A stretch of DNA of 19,666 nucleotides from Caecitellus pseudoparvulus (Eukaryota > Protista > Bigyra: Bicosoecida), in contig CBFFRQ010000157.1 of the NCBI GenBank assembly GCA_965644315.1, positions 1 to 19,666 of the forward strand, written 5' to 3'. The position numbers and the translations under genes were made by a program. Shown one piece after another: positions 8,763 through 18,591 of this stretch (within the stretch, counting starts at the first letter, position 1; each line of letters starts with the position of its first letter). The notes under the pieces are model-generated. The model searched no databases, was not told where the DNA came from, and saw only the letters and a list, made by a program, of their open reading frames with translations.

Positions 8763-11230
8763 TCAGTCCGAGCGTGGAGCCTTCCCTGATGGAGACACCA
8801 ACGCTGAGCCGGTCTGTGGCCGTGGACGCTTCCTTGCCCTCTTTGCGCTCCGTAGCAGCAGCACGGCTTTCCGGCCTTGCCGAGTGCTGGTACCGAGCCA
8901 GACGGCATCTCTAGCTGCCTGCATAGCTAGGTCTCCAGCCTCAAGGCGTGATTGCAGTGGGATGGCTCGATGGCCTGTGAGGCCCAGCAGGTCGCGAACA
9001 ACATTCAAATGCCTGTTTTTGCAAGCAAGTCGAAAGCCAGCCTCAAGCTCACCATCAGCCTCGGCATGCACATCCACCTCACGATGTCCAGTCAGCGCCA
9101 GCAGCTCCCGCACCACGTCAACGTGCCCTTCCTGACAGGCAGCTCGAAAGGCACCCTCAGGCCCCAAATTGTCCGAAGCATGCACGTCCACCTCACGATG
9201 CCCAGTCAGCGCCAGCAGCTCCCGCACTACAACAATATGGCCATTCTCACAGGCAGCTCGAAAGCCGTACTCACCATCCACATGTACGTCCACCTCACGA
9301 TGCCCGGTCAGCGCCAGCAGCTCCTGCAGCACGTCGATGTGCCCATGCTTACAAGCAAGCAGGAAGCCTTGCTCAGGGTAACCCTCAGGCCCAGCATGCA
9401 CATCCACCTCTCGAGCACCAGTCAGCGCCAACAGCTCTCGCACCACATCAAGATGGCCTTCATGGCAGGCCTTTTGGAAAGCACACTCAGGATTGTCCCC
9501 GACCCCTGCATGCACATCCACCTCTCGAGCACCAGTCAGCGCCAACAGCTCTCGCACCACATCAAGATGGCCTTCATGGCAGGCCTTTTGGAAAGCACAC
9601 TCAGGATTGTCCCCGACCCCTGCATGCACATCCACCTCGCGATGCCCGGTCAGCGCCAGCAGCTCCCGCACCACGTCAATGTGCCCATGCATACAAGCAA
9701 GCAGGAAGCCTTGCTCAGGATTGCCCTCAGGTCCAGCATGTACGTCCACCTCACGATGCCCAGTCAGCGCCAGCAGCTCCCGCACTACAACAATATGGCC
9801 ATTCTCACAGGCAGCTCGAAAGCCGTACTCACCATCCACATGTACGTCCACCTCACGATGCCCGGTCAGCGCCAGCAGCTCCCGCACCACGTCAATGTGC
9901 CCATGCATACAAGCAAGCAGGAAGCCTTGCTCAGGATTGCCCTCAGGTCCAGCATGTACGTCCACCTCACGATGCCCAGTCAGCGCCAGCAGCTCCCGCA
10001 CTACAACAATATGGCCATTCTCACAGGCAGCTCGAAAGCCGTACTCACCATCCACATGTACGTCCACCTCACGATGCCCGGTCAGCGCCAGCAGCTCCTG
10101 CAGCACGTCGATGTGCCCATGCTTACAAGCAAGCAGGAAGCCTTGCTCAGGGTAACCCTCAGGCCCAGCATGCACATCCACCTCGCGATGCCCGGTCAAA
10201 GACAGCAGCTCCCGCACCACGTCGATGTGCCCATGCATACAAGCAAGCAGGAAGCCTTGCTCAGGATTGCCCTCAGGCCCAGCATGCACATCCACCTCTC
10301 GAGCACCAGTCAGCGCCAACAGCTTTCGCACCACATCAAGATGGCCTTCATGGCAGGCCTTTTGGAAAGCACACTCAGGATTGTCCCCGACCCCTGCATG
10401 CACATCCACCTCGCGATGCCCGGTCAGCGCCAGCAGCTCCCGCACCACGTCAATGTGCCCATGCATACAAGCAAGCAGGAAGCCTTGCTCAGGATTGCCC
10501 TCAGGTCCAGCATGTACGTCCACCTCACGATGCCCAGTCAGCGCCAGCAGCTCCCGCACTACAACAATATGGCCATTCTCACAGGCAGCTCGAAAGCCGT
10601 ACTCACCATCCACATGTACGTCCACCTCACGATGCCCGGTCAGCGCCAGCAGCTCCTGCAGCACGTCGATGTGCCCATGCTTACAAGCAAGCAGGAAGCC
10701 TTGCTCAGGGTAACCCTCAGGCCCAGCATGCACATCCACCTCGCGATGCCCGGTCAAAGACAGCAGCTCCCGCACCACGTCGATGTGCCCATGCATACAA
10801 GCAAGCAGGAAGCCTTGCTCAGGATTGCCCTCAGGCCCAGCATGCACATCCACCTCTCGAGCACCAGTCAGCGCCAACAGCTCTCGCACCACATCAAGAT
10901 GGCCTTCATGGCAGGCCTTTTGGAAAGCACACTCAGGATTGTCCCCGACCCCTGCATGCACATCCACCTCGCGATGCCCGGTCAGCGCCAGCAGCTCCCG
11001 CACCACGTCAATGTGCCCATGCATACAAGCAAGCAGGAAGCCTTGCTCAGGATTGCCCTCAGGCCCAGCATGCACATCCACCTCGCGATGCCCTCTCAGC
11101 GCCAGCAGCTCTCGCACCACATCAATGTGCCCATTGTGACAGGCAGCTCGGAAGCCCCACTCGGGCCGGCCCTCAGGCCCAGCATGCACATCCACCTCAC
11201 GATGCCCCGTCAGCGCCAGCAGCTCTCGCA
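8763..11230 (-). CDS. Ankyrin-like repeat protein B, 3' part (about 20 repeats plus basic tail), downstream of the insertion
   Basis: Open frame begins mid-repeat (RELLALTG; the track start is a TTG straddling the junction), lacks the family N-terminal cap, ends ...RSAKRARKRPRPQTGSALVSPSGKAPRSD*. Confidence 0.88.
9850..11085. repeat. Higher-order repeat: 558-bp block (4 x 114 bp plus one 102-bp short unit), ~2.2 copies
   Basis: Diagnostic GGTCAAAGACAGC at 10194 and 10752 (558 apart); unit order PEGNPEQ/VGDNPEC/PEGNPEQ/PEGYPEQ/VDGEY occurs twice in the translation. Confidence 0.9.
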
Positions 11231-11239
11231 AAATCCAAC

Positions 11240-11279
11240 GGCCTTCGGCCTATGCCTTCGGCATGGGAGGTCTACTCCC
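11240..11279. repeat. Three adjacent mini-hairpins at the element end
   Basis: GGCC-TTC-GGCC (11240-11250), ATGCC-TTC-GGCAT (11252-11264), GGGAG-GTCTA-CTCCC (11265-11279). The first two have GAA loops on the minus strand. Confidence 0.9.
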
Positions 11280-12483
11280 CGTCCCTCTGTGCCCGGCTGC
11301 TGGCCCTTCAGAAAGCCACGGCAAAGGCTGCAGGCGTGGGGGGCGCTGCGCCAGTATGGGCGCTGCGCCGCACGACGCACCACCGCACGCAAGGCAAGTC
11401 AGGTACAAGCTGGTCGGCCTTAATGTAAATGCTCCACCAGGCGCACCAGGCTGCAACACTGGCGTATCACAAGCGGTAAGCCTGGTCTCACCCTTCACCA
11501 CAACAAATCGGTCAGGCAGCCTGGCCGCTTTGATGTGTCCACTGAGTCACAGCAAGCCCCGTGGAGCGACCATGGCCATGGCATTGCGCCCAGCGTCTGC
11601 ACCCACATACACCTTGAAATGTCTAGGTGCTTTGCAGGGTGATCCGTGCACCCTTTAGGCATGAGCCCGATGAACAGTCCAGACTTTGATTGCTCACGAA
11701 AATGCGATCTCATGCTGCAATGCACTGGCACACCCTCCGGGATGGCCGACGGAAAAGACAACACAGGGTACACAAAGCTCACTAACGCTTGGAGGGCGGG
11801 GCCTCGTGCTCTGCGGGACGGGACGTACGAGCACATGCTTTCGGAGCAACAAGGTGCCACTTCCACGCACAAGGCCACAGGGCAGGGCTGTGCCCCAACG
11901 GCACTACAAGTGCCATGCGCCTGGCCTGTGGATACAACACTGCATGGCCAGTCTACTGCTTGCTGCACAGTGGCCACTCCTGTGCCGTTGGCTTGTGCAG
12001 GTCTTGCTGTATAGGCGTGCTGACTCTTTTCCGTGCTCGGTGAGCCAGTGCAAGGCCGCTTGAGCACACTGGCGCACTGGCAAGGCGATTCAGGGCATTG
12101 GTAGGTCGTGTAACAAAGGTGATTGTGCTGGTAGACTCGGTTGTGCTTGCTGTAGCTTTGAGCAGTGCTGCATTGCTGAGCCTTGCCCTGGCCTGGTGAT
12201 TGGCTGGCGTCTCGCACAGCGCCTTTGTGCTTGCGCAAGCGTACGAGCTCTGATGGCTTGTGCTATAGAGCCATGTGCACTTGCTTGCATCAGTGCCTTG
12301 GTGGCGTGATTGGGGTGGTGCAGGGAGTGCTGTCCGATCCAGGTCGAGGCCTTGCTTGACGGGCCAGTGATTGCTCGGCAGCGGCGTCAGGCCGCCGAGC
12401 TGGGGCTGCAAGCTTGGGCGCCGACTCGTCCATGTGCATGTGCTTGAACTGTATGCATTGCTTGGTATGCGGCAAATGGAACA

Positions 12484-12555
12484 GCTGCCGTCGGTCTCGC
12501 TGCCATGCGCGCTGCGCCAGCAGCGCGCATGGCAGCGAGACCGACTGAAGGCAGC
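12484..12555. repeat. Perfect 26-bp inverted repeat with 4-nt loop
   Basis: GTCGGTCTCGCTGCCATGCGCGCTGC (12490-12515), loop GCCA, GCAGCGCGCATGGCAGCGAGACCGAC (12520-12545); extended by GCTGCC/GGCAGC (12484-12489/12550-12555) across a 4-nt bulge. Confidence 0.95.
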
Positions 12556-13430
12556 GCACTTGCTTGAGAATAGCAGTCCGGCCATGGCGTGGCCTGCGTG
12601 TGGTCCATGCTGGACCCAGGCATGAGCGGTGGGCGTGATGCCTCTGGCTACGCCGCCAGCACATGGAGGAGAATGCCAGCTTCCTCTGCTGCCTTGGGCT
12701 TCGAAGCCATCGCCACGCAATGCAGGGCCAATCGAAGGTGGTTCAGGCCATTGGCTACTGTCGCAGCGGAGGGGGGCGCGATTGGCATACCAAGCTTCCT
12801 ACAATGCATACAAGCTGGTTCCAGATGCAGCACTTGCACAGTGCTTCGCACACGCTGCACAGCGCAAGCAATCATGACGTCATCAATGCGTTTCGCGACA
12901 ATATCAGCCTGGAAACCTGCGCATTGACAGATTCCTGCACGGTGAGCGCGCCGCGGAACGGAAGAAGCCTGACAATATAGACTTACACACGAAACACAGG
13001 CGCAGTCTGTGAATCGGAGAGTTGGAGCACAGCCGTCGCAAGCAGGGCGAGTCTGCGTTTGCCGTGAAACTCGACTAAGAAGGGCCAGTGCAGCGCGAGG
13101 GGTGGCTCTGCCCAGACCGCTACACATGCAAGAAGACAGACAATACTGAATGAGATTGTGTCTAAGGGTCCAATGTGGGATTGCCTGTCTGATCGGAGTG
13201 CAGGCACGGCCTGGAGTTCGACAGGCAAGCAATTTCCGCCTCAACAAGACCGCCTCACGCACACCAAAATGCCAGAGACTGCGAGCATTGACTCTGTTTA
13301 GCCTATTCGGTGTCTGATGTATCTGTTGAATGCATTGTCTTGTCGAGAACTGCCCGCATGCCAACCTTTATGTGCCCCATTGACAGGCCTGTCCCCCCAG
13401 ACCCCCACACCCTAGGACGGGGATTAGGAA

Positions 13431-14649
13431 CAACATCAATGTGCCCATGCTTACAAGCAAGCCGGAAGCCAGCCTCTGGCCAGCCCTCAACCCCAGCATG
13501 CACGTCCACCTCACGATGCCCGGTCAGCGCCAGCAGCTCTCGCACCACGTCAATGTGCCCATGCTTACAAGCAAGCCGGAAGCCAGCCTCTGGCCAGCCC
13601 TCAACCCCAGCATGCACGTCCACCTCACGATGCCCGGTCAGCGCCAGCAGCTCCCGCACCACGTCAATGTGCCCTCCCTGACAAGCAAGCAGGAAGCCTC
13701 GCTCAGGATTGTCCTCAGGCCCAGCATGCACATCCACCTCACGAAGCCCGGTCAGCGCCAGCAGCTCCCGCACCACGTCAATGTGCCCGAACTCACAGGC
13801 AAGCCGGAAGCCATGCTCAGGATTACCCTCAGGCCCAGCATGCACATCCACCTCGCGGTGGCCGGTCAGCGCCAGCAGCTCCCGCACCAAGTCAATGTGC
13901 CCTTCCTGACAGGCAGCTCGGAAGCCAGCCTCGGGCCGGCCCTCAGGCCCAGCATGCACATCCACCTCGCGGTGCCCGGTCAGAGCCAGCAGCTCACGCA
14001 GCACATCAATGTGCCCGTTCTGACAGGCAACCTGGAAGCCAGCCTCTGGCCAGCCCTCAACCCCAGCATGCACATCCACCTCGCGGTGCCCGGTCAGAGC
14101 CAGCAGCTCCCGCACCACGTCGATGTGCCCATGCTTACAAGCAAGCAGAAAGCTTTGCTCAGGGTAACCCCTGAGAGCAGCATGCACGTCCACCTCGCGA
14201 TGCCCGGTCAAAGACAGCAGCTCCCGCACCACGTCGATGTGCCCATGCTTACAAGCAAGCCGGAAGCCATGCTCAGGATTACCCTCAGGCCCAGCATGCA
14301 CATCCACCTCGCGGTGGCCGGTCAGCGCCAGCAGCTCCCGCACCAAGTCAATGTGCCCTTCCTGACAGGCAGCTCGGAAGCCAGCCTCGGGCCTGCCCCC
14401 AACCCCAGCATGCACGTCCACCTCCCGATGCCCGGTCAGCGCCAGCAGCCCACGCAACAACCCAACGTGCCCCGTCTTGCAAGCAACCACAAAGCCAGCC
14501 GAGGTGTCAGCACTCGACAAACCTCCCAACTCCACACCCACACCATCTCCACACCCGTCCAGGATGCTCATCAGCTCATCTGCCTGATCACCATCACATG
14601 CAGCCTTCCATCGCCCCTCCACTGACTCACTGCCGCCCTCGTCAGCCAT
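13431..14649 (-). CDS. Ankyrin-like repeat protein B, 5' part (N-terminal cap plus ~10 repeats), upstream of the insertion
   Basis: ATG at 14649 (CCACGCCATGG; MADEGGSESVEGRWKAACDG). Repeats run to GHIDVV, after which the ORF reads about 40 unrelated codons into the element to a stop at 13303; the family C-terminal tail is absent. Confidence 0.88.
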
Positions 14650-14853
14650 GGCGTGGCGGGATTGCAGATGGCGCAAGTGCTTTCGCCAACCAACTCACCT
14701 GCACAGCAGCACAGGCGGCACAACACAGAATCAAAAGAGTAGCCGATTTCCGATGTACAATCAGGGAGAAGACATGGGTCTTGATTTTGACACAGCCATC
14801 ACAATGCCGCACCTACCTGACCTGCATTGAGGCCAACACCAGCTCCGCCACCC

Positions 14854-15966
14854 TCAGTCAGAGCGTGGAGCCTTCCCTGATGGAGACACCAACGCTGAGC
14901 CGGTCTGTGGCCGTGGACGCTTCCTTGCCCTTCTTGCGCTCCGTAGCAACAACACGGCTTTCCGACCCTGCCGAGTGCTGGTGCCGAGCCAGACGGCATC
15001 CTTGGCCGGCTGCACGCCTACCTCTCCAGCCTCAAGACGTTCCTGCAGTGGGATGGCTCGATGACCAGTGAGGCCTAGAAGCTCGCGCAGTACATGCTTA
15101 TGACCACCAAGAAGGGCATACTGGAAGCCATAGCCGGGCCGATTTTGGCGTCCCGCGTGTACGTCCACGGCTCGATGTCCGCTCAGGCCCAGCAATTCCC
15201 GTACCACATCAATGTGCCCATTCTGACAGGCAAGTCGGAAGCCAGCCTCAGGTCCAAGCCAATCTTCTGCGTGCACGTCCACCTCACGATGCCCGGTCAG
15301 CGCCAGCAGCTCAAGTGTGACGGCCACGTGGCCGTTCTCACAGGCTTTTCGGAAGCCAGCCTCAGGCCTTCCCTCAGGTCCAGCATGTACGTCCACCTCA
15401 CGATGCCCCGTCAGCGCCAGCAGCTCCCGCACCACGTCAATGTGTCCGTTGGCACAGGCCTGTCTGAAGCCTGCCTCAGCGGCAAGCCAATCTTCTCCAT
15501 GCACATCCACTTCACGATGGTCAGTCAAGGCCAACAGCTCACGCACCACATCCGCATGCCCGTTCTCACAGGCAACTCGGAATCCGTACTCAGGATTGCC
15601 CTCAGGCCCAGCATGCACATCAACTTCACGATGCCCAGTCAAAGCCAGCAGCTCGCGCACGGTTTGCACATGCCCATTCGCACAAGCCTCACGGAAACCA
15701 GTCTCAGGGTAGCCATCGAGTCCTGCATGTACGTCCACTGCAAGCCCCCCCTCCAATGCCAACAGCCTACGTAGCAGCTCAACATGCCCTGTCACACAAG
15801 CAACCACAAAGCCAGCCGTTGTCTCCTCACTTGACAACCCATCCAGCCCCGCACCCGCACCACCACCAAAGCCCTCAAGCATGCTCATCAGCATATCTGC
15901 CTGCTCTCCATCACATGCAGCGTGCCATCGATTCACCACCGTCTGGTTGTCGCCACCAACGGCCAT
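14854..15966 (-). CDS. Ankyrin-like repeat protein C (370 aa, ~7 repeats)
   Basis: Family-conserved start MAVGGDNQTVVNRWHAACDG at 15966, 38-aa repeats, full basic tail. The track's upstream extension to 16647 is not supported by the paralogues. Confidence 0.88.
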   Translation of the reverse strand: MAVGGDNQTVVNRWHAACDGEQADMLMSMLEGFGGGAGAGLDGLSSEETTAGFVVACVTGHVELLRRLLALEGGLAVDVHAGLDGYPETGFREACANGHVQTVRELLALTGHREVDVHAGPEGNPEYGFRVACENGHADVVRELLALTDHREVDVHGEDWLAAEAGFRQACANGHIDVVRELLALTGHREVDVHAGPEGRPEAGFRKACENGHVAVTLELLALTGHREVDVHAEDWLGPEAGFRLACQNGHIDVVRELLGLSGHRAVDVHAGRQNRPGYGFQYALLGGHKHVLRELLGLTGHRAIPLQERLEAGEVGVQPAKDAVWLGTSTRQGRKAVLLLRSARRARKRPRPQTGSALVSPSGKAPRSD

Positions 15967-16794
15967 GGCGTGGTGAATACAGTTTCCGCGCATGTCACCC
16001 TTGCCACCCAACTCGCCTGCACAGCACAGTGTTTCTGAAACAGCCGCTTTCCAGTGTCCCATGCAGGAAGTGGCGTTGATTTTGACGCAGCCCCGACAAT
16101 ATCGCAGCTGCCTGACTTGCATTGCTGCCTGGCCCATTAGACTGGGTGCAAGCGGACTCCAGCACAGCACAGCGCTCCCGAGGTGTGCTGGTTCGGCCTC
16201 GTCCTGACGCCCCTGCCCCAGCACTTCCACCAGTACCTCCACTGCACCAAGAGTCACCGTGCCATCACCGCCTGCCTGGGGGGCCTGCATCCTGCCCAAC
16301 CCAGCATGCCGCTGTCCGAGCTGAGGGAGTGGCGGGGCGCGGGCTCCCCACCCCGCCTCCAATGATGGCTGGTCCGAAGAAAGCACCATCATCCTGCACT
16401 CGGCCCTGCACCGACGGCCGCCCCAGCCCCTGCACCCCCGACACACACATAGGCCACAGCGGCCAGGACCAGCCACGGCACCCTCCCTCACGTCAGCTGC
16501 CACACCGCCACCATGCAGGTACCACTGCACATCACCTGCCCGCAGCAGCATGGGCGACGCGCGGATGACCACAAGGCCCGCCTGATGGATCACTGCGCCC
16601 AGCCGCCCTGCCACAGCCCTGTCACGCTGTCGGTGCAGAAGTCGCACTTGGGAGGGTTGGCACTCAAGCCCCAGCTCCTAACTGTGCGCATCTCAGGAGA
16701 GTATAATTGCTCACGTTTACTGGTCATCCCCAAGCCCGGCCATGGTGGCAGCGACTGACAAAGTGCAGCATGGAGTCCACAACAGCTCCGCCCC

Positions 16795-18591
16795 TCAATC
16801 AGAGCGTGTACCCTTTCCTGGTGGAGACACCAACGCTTGGCAAGTCTGTGGCCACGATCGTGCTTGTGCTGCTCGGGAAGCCCGCAGCAGCAGGACGGCC
16901 ACGCGACCTCGCCGAGTGCTGCTGCCAGCCCACACAGCATCCTTGGCAGGCTGCACAGCTACCTCCCCAGCCTCAAGGCGTGCCCGGAGGGGAATGGCCC
17001 GATGGCCAGTGAGGCCCAGCAGCTCACACAGCACGTATAGATGCCCATCCTCGCACGCACGGCGAAAGCTAGCCTCAGGTCCACACCAGTCTTTAGCGTG
17101 TACATCCACTTCGCGATGTCCGCTCAGAGCCAAAAGGACGCGCACAACATCAACATGCCCAAACCAACAGGCAACCTGGAAGCCTTGTTCAGGCCTATCC
17201 TCAGGTCCAGCATGCACGTCCACCTCACGATACCCGGAAAGTGCCAATAGCGCACACACAACATCAGTGTGGCCGCTCCGACAAGCTGCTAGGAAGCCAG
17301 CCTCAGGGTCACCATTGAATGCAGCATGAACGTCTACCTCACGAGCTCCTGTAAGAGCCAGCAGCTCATGCACCACATCCAAGTTACCATTGCTGCAGGC
17401 AGCTCGGAAGCCAGCCTCAGGCCAGCCCCCAGCTCCGGCATGCACGTCCACCTCACGATGCCCAGACAAAGCCAGCAGCTCCCGCACCACGTGAATGTGC
17501 CCATGCTGACAGGCAAGCTGGAAAGCATACTCAGGCCCGCCCTCAGGCCCAGCATGCACATCCACCTCGCGATGCCCGGTCAATGCAAGAAGCTCGCGCA
17601 CCACATTCAGATACCCGTACATGCAGGAAACTCGAAGGGCGGCCTCAGGCCCAACAACGTCCCTTGCATGCACGTCCACCTCACGATGCCCGGTCAAAGC
17701 TAGCAGCTCCCGCACTACATCAATGTACCCGAACTCACAGGCAAGTCGGAAGCCAGCCTCAGGCCAGCCCCCAGCTCCGGCATGCACGTCCACCTCACGA
17801 TGCCCAGACAAAGCCAGCAGCTCCCGCACCACGTGAATGTGCCCATGCTGACAGGCAAGCTGGAAAGCATACTCAGGCCCGCCCTCAGGCCCAGCATGCA
17901 CATCCACCTCACGGTGCCCGGTCAATGCAAGAAGCTCGCGCACCACATTCAGATACCCGTACATGCAGGAAACTCGAAGGGCGGCCTCAGGCCCAACAAC
18001 GTCCCTTGCATGCACGTCCACCTCGCGATGACCGGTCAGCGCCAGCAGCTCGCGCACTGCTTCAATGTGTCCATTCGCACAAGCAAGCCGGAAGCCAGCT
18101 TCTGGAGCACCCTCAGGACCCGCATGCAAGTCAACCTCGCGATGCCCGGTCAAGGACAACAGCTCTCGCAGCACCGCTAGATGTCCATTCATGCAAGCTA
18201 GCTGGAAGGCACCCTCAGCAGCATCCCAGAGACCAGCATGCACGTCCACCTCGCGATGACCCTCGAGACCCAACAGCTCGCGCATCAGATCAAGATGCCC
18301 GTTTTCACAGGCAAGCTTGAAGCCAGCCTCAGGCCCATCCTCATCTTCTGCATGTACATCCACTGCCAGATCCCCCTCCAACGCCAACAGCCCACGCAGC
18401 AGCCCAACATGCCCAGTCTTGCAAGCAACCACAAAGCCAGCCGTTGTCTCCTCGCTTGTCAATCCTCCCAGCTCCGGCCCCGCACCGCCACCGCACCTCT
18501 CAAGCATGCTCAGCAGCACATCTGCCTGCTCTCCATCACATGCTGCCTTCCATCGACCCACTACCGACTGCCTGTCGCTGCCAACGGCCAT
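16795..18591 (-). CDS. Ankyrin-like repeat protein D (598 aa, ~13 repeats)
   Basis: Conserved start MAVGSDRQSVVGRWKAACDG at 18591, 38-aa repeats, diverged tail ...RASRAAQARSWPQTCQALVSPPGKGTRSD*. Confidence 0.9.
   Translation of the reverse strand: MAVGSDRQSVVGRWKAACDGEQADVLLSMLERCGGGAGPELGGLTSEETTAGFVVACKTGHVGLLRGLLALEGDLAVDVHAEDEDGPEAGFKLACENGHLDLMRELLGLEGHREVDVHAGLWDAAEGAFQLACMNGHLAVLRELLSLTGHREVDLHAGPEGAPEAGFRLACANGHIEAVRELLALTGHREVDVHARDVVGPEAALRVSCMYGYLNVVRELLALTGHREVDVHAGPEGGPEYAFQLACQHGHIHVVRELLALSGHREVDVHAGAGGWPEAGFRLACEFGYIDVVRELLALTGHREVDVHARDVVGPEAALRVSCMYGYLNVVRELLALTGHREVDVHAGPEGGPEYAFQLACQHGHIHVVRELLALSGHREVDVHAGAGGWPEAGFRAACSNGNLDVVHELLALTGAREVDVHAAFNGDPEAGFLAACRSGHTDVVCALLALSGYREVDVHAGPEDRPEQGFQVACWFGHVDVVRVLLALSGHREVDVHAKDWCGPEASFRRACEDGHLYVLCELLGLTGHRAIPLRARLEAGEVAVQPAKDAVWAGSSTRRGRVAVLLLRASRAAQARSWPQTCQALVSPPGKGTRSD
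17404..18038. repeat. Higher-order 342-bp (3-unit) duplication within gene D
   Basis: CAATGCAAGAAGCTCGCGCA at 17581 and 17923; units RDVVGPEA/PEGGPEY/AGGWPEA occur twice. Confidence 0.9.

Larger units (their letters stand above)
11231..13430 (-). mobile_element. 2200-bp insertion, probable non-autonomous Helitron2/Helentron-like (rolling-circle) element
   Basis: Removing it restores the 114-bp period and reading frame of gene B. No evident TSD; the breakpoint can slide a few bp. Asymmetric inverted repeats CTACTCCCCGTCC (11272-11284) / GGACGGGGATTAG (13415-13427) match 12/13; hairpins lie distal to the subterminal copy; T runs at both ends on the minus strand; no recognisable transposase ORF. 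The insertion is well supported, the superfamily is inferred. Confidence 0.75.

Noticed and set aside
8344-9135. 263-aa plus-strand ORF after the glycosyltransferase gene
   Set aside because: No recognisable motifs, overlaps the end of gene B antisense, and part of it is the 3' flank shared with gene D.
8952-11423. 823-aa plus-strand ORF and similar ones at 13441-14625, 15094-15774 and 17326-18735
   Set aside because: Same antisense artefact; these frames are broken by stops in the more diverged paralogues while the minus frame stays open.
12589-12980. LDPG and NHDVINA strings suggestive of TnpB/Fanzor RuvC motifs
   Set aside because: They lie in different short ORFs, with no zinc finger or plausible spacing; not supportable without an HMM hit.
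11231-13430. Exact canonical intron, classical TC...CTRR Helitron, or TIR/TSD DNA transposon
   Set aside because: No AG at the exact 3' junction; the CTAG at 13412-13415 is not terminal; the inverted repeats are asymmetric and no TSD is evident.
15967-16647. 227-aa N-terminal extension of gene C (also 18592-18744 for D and 14650-14676 for B)
   Set aside because: Not conserved in frame among paralogues; all share an ATG in CCACGCCATGG at the homologous position.
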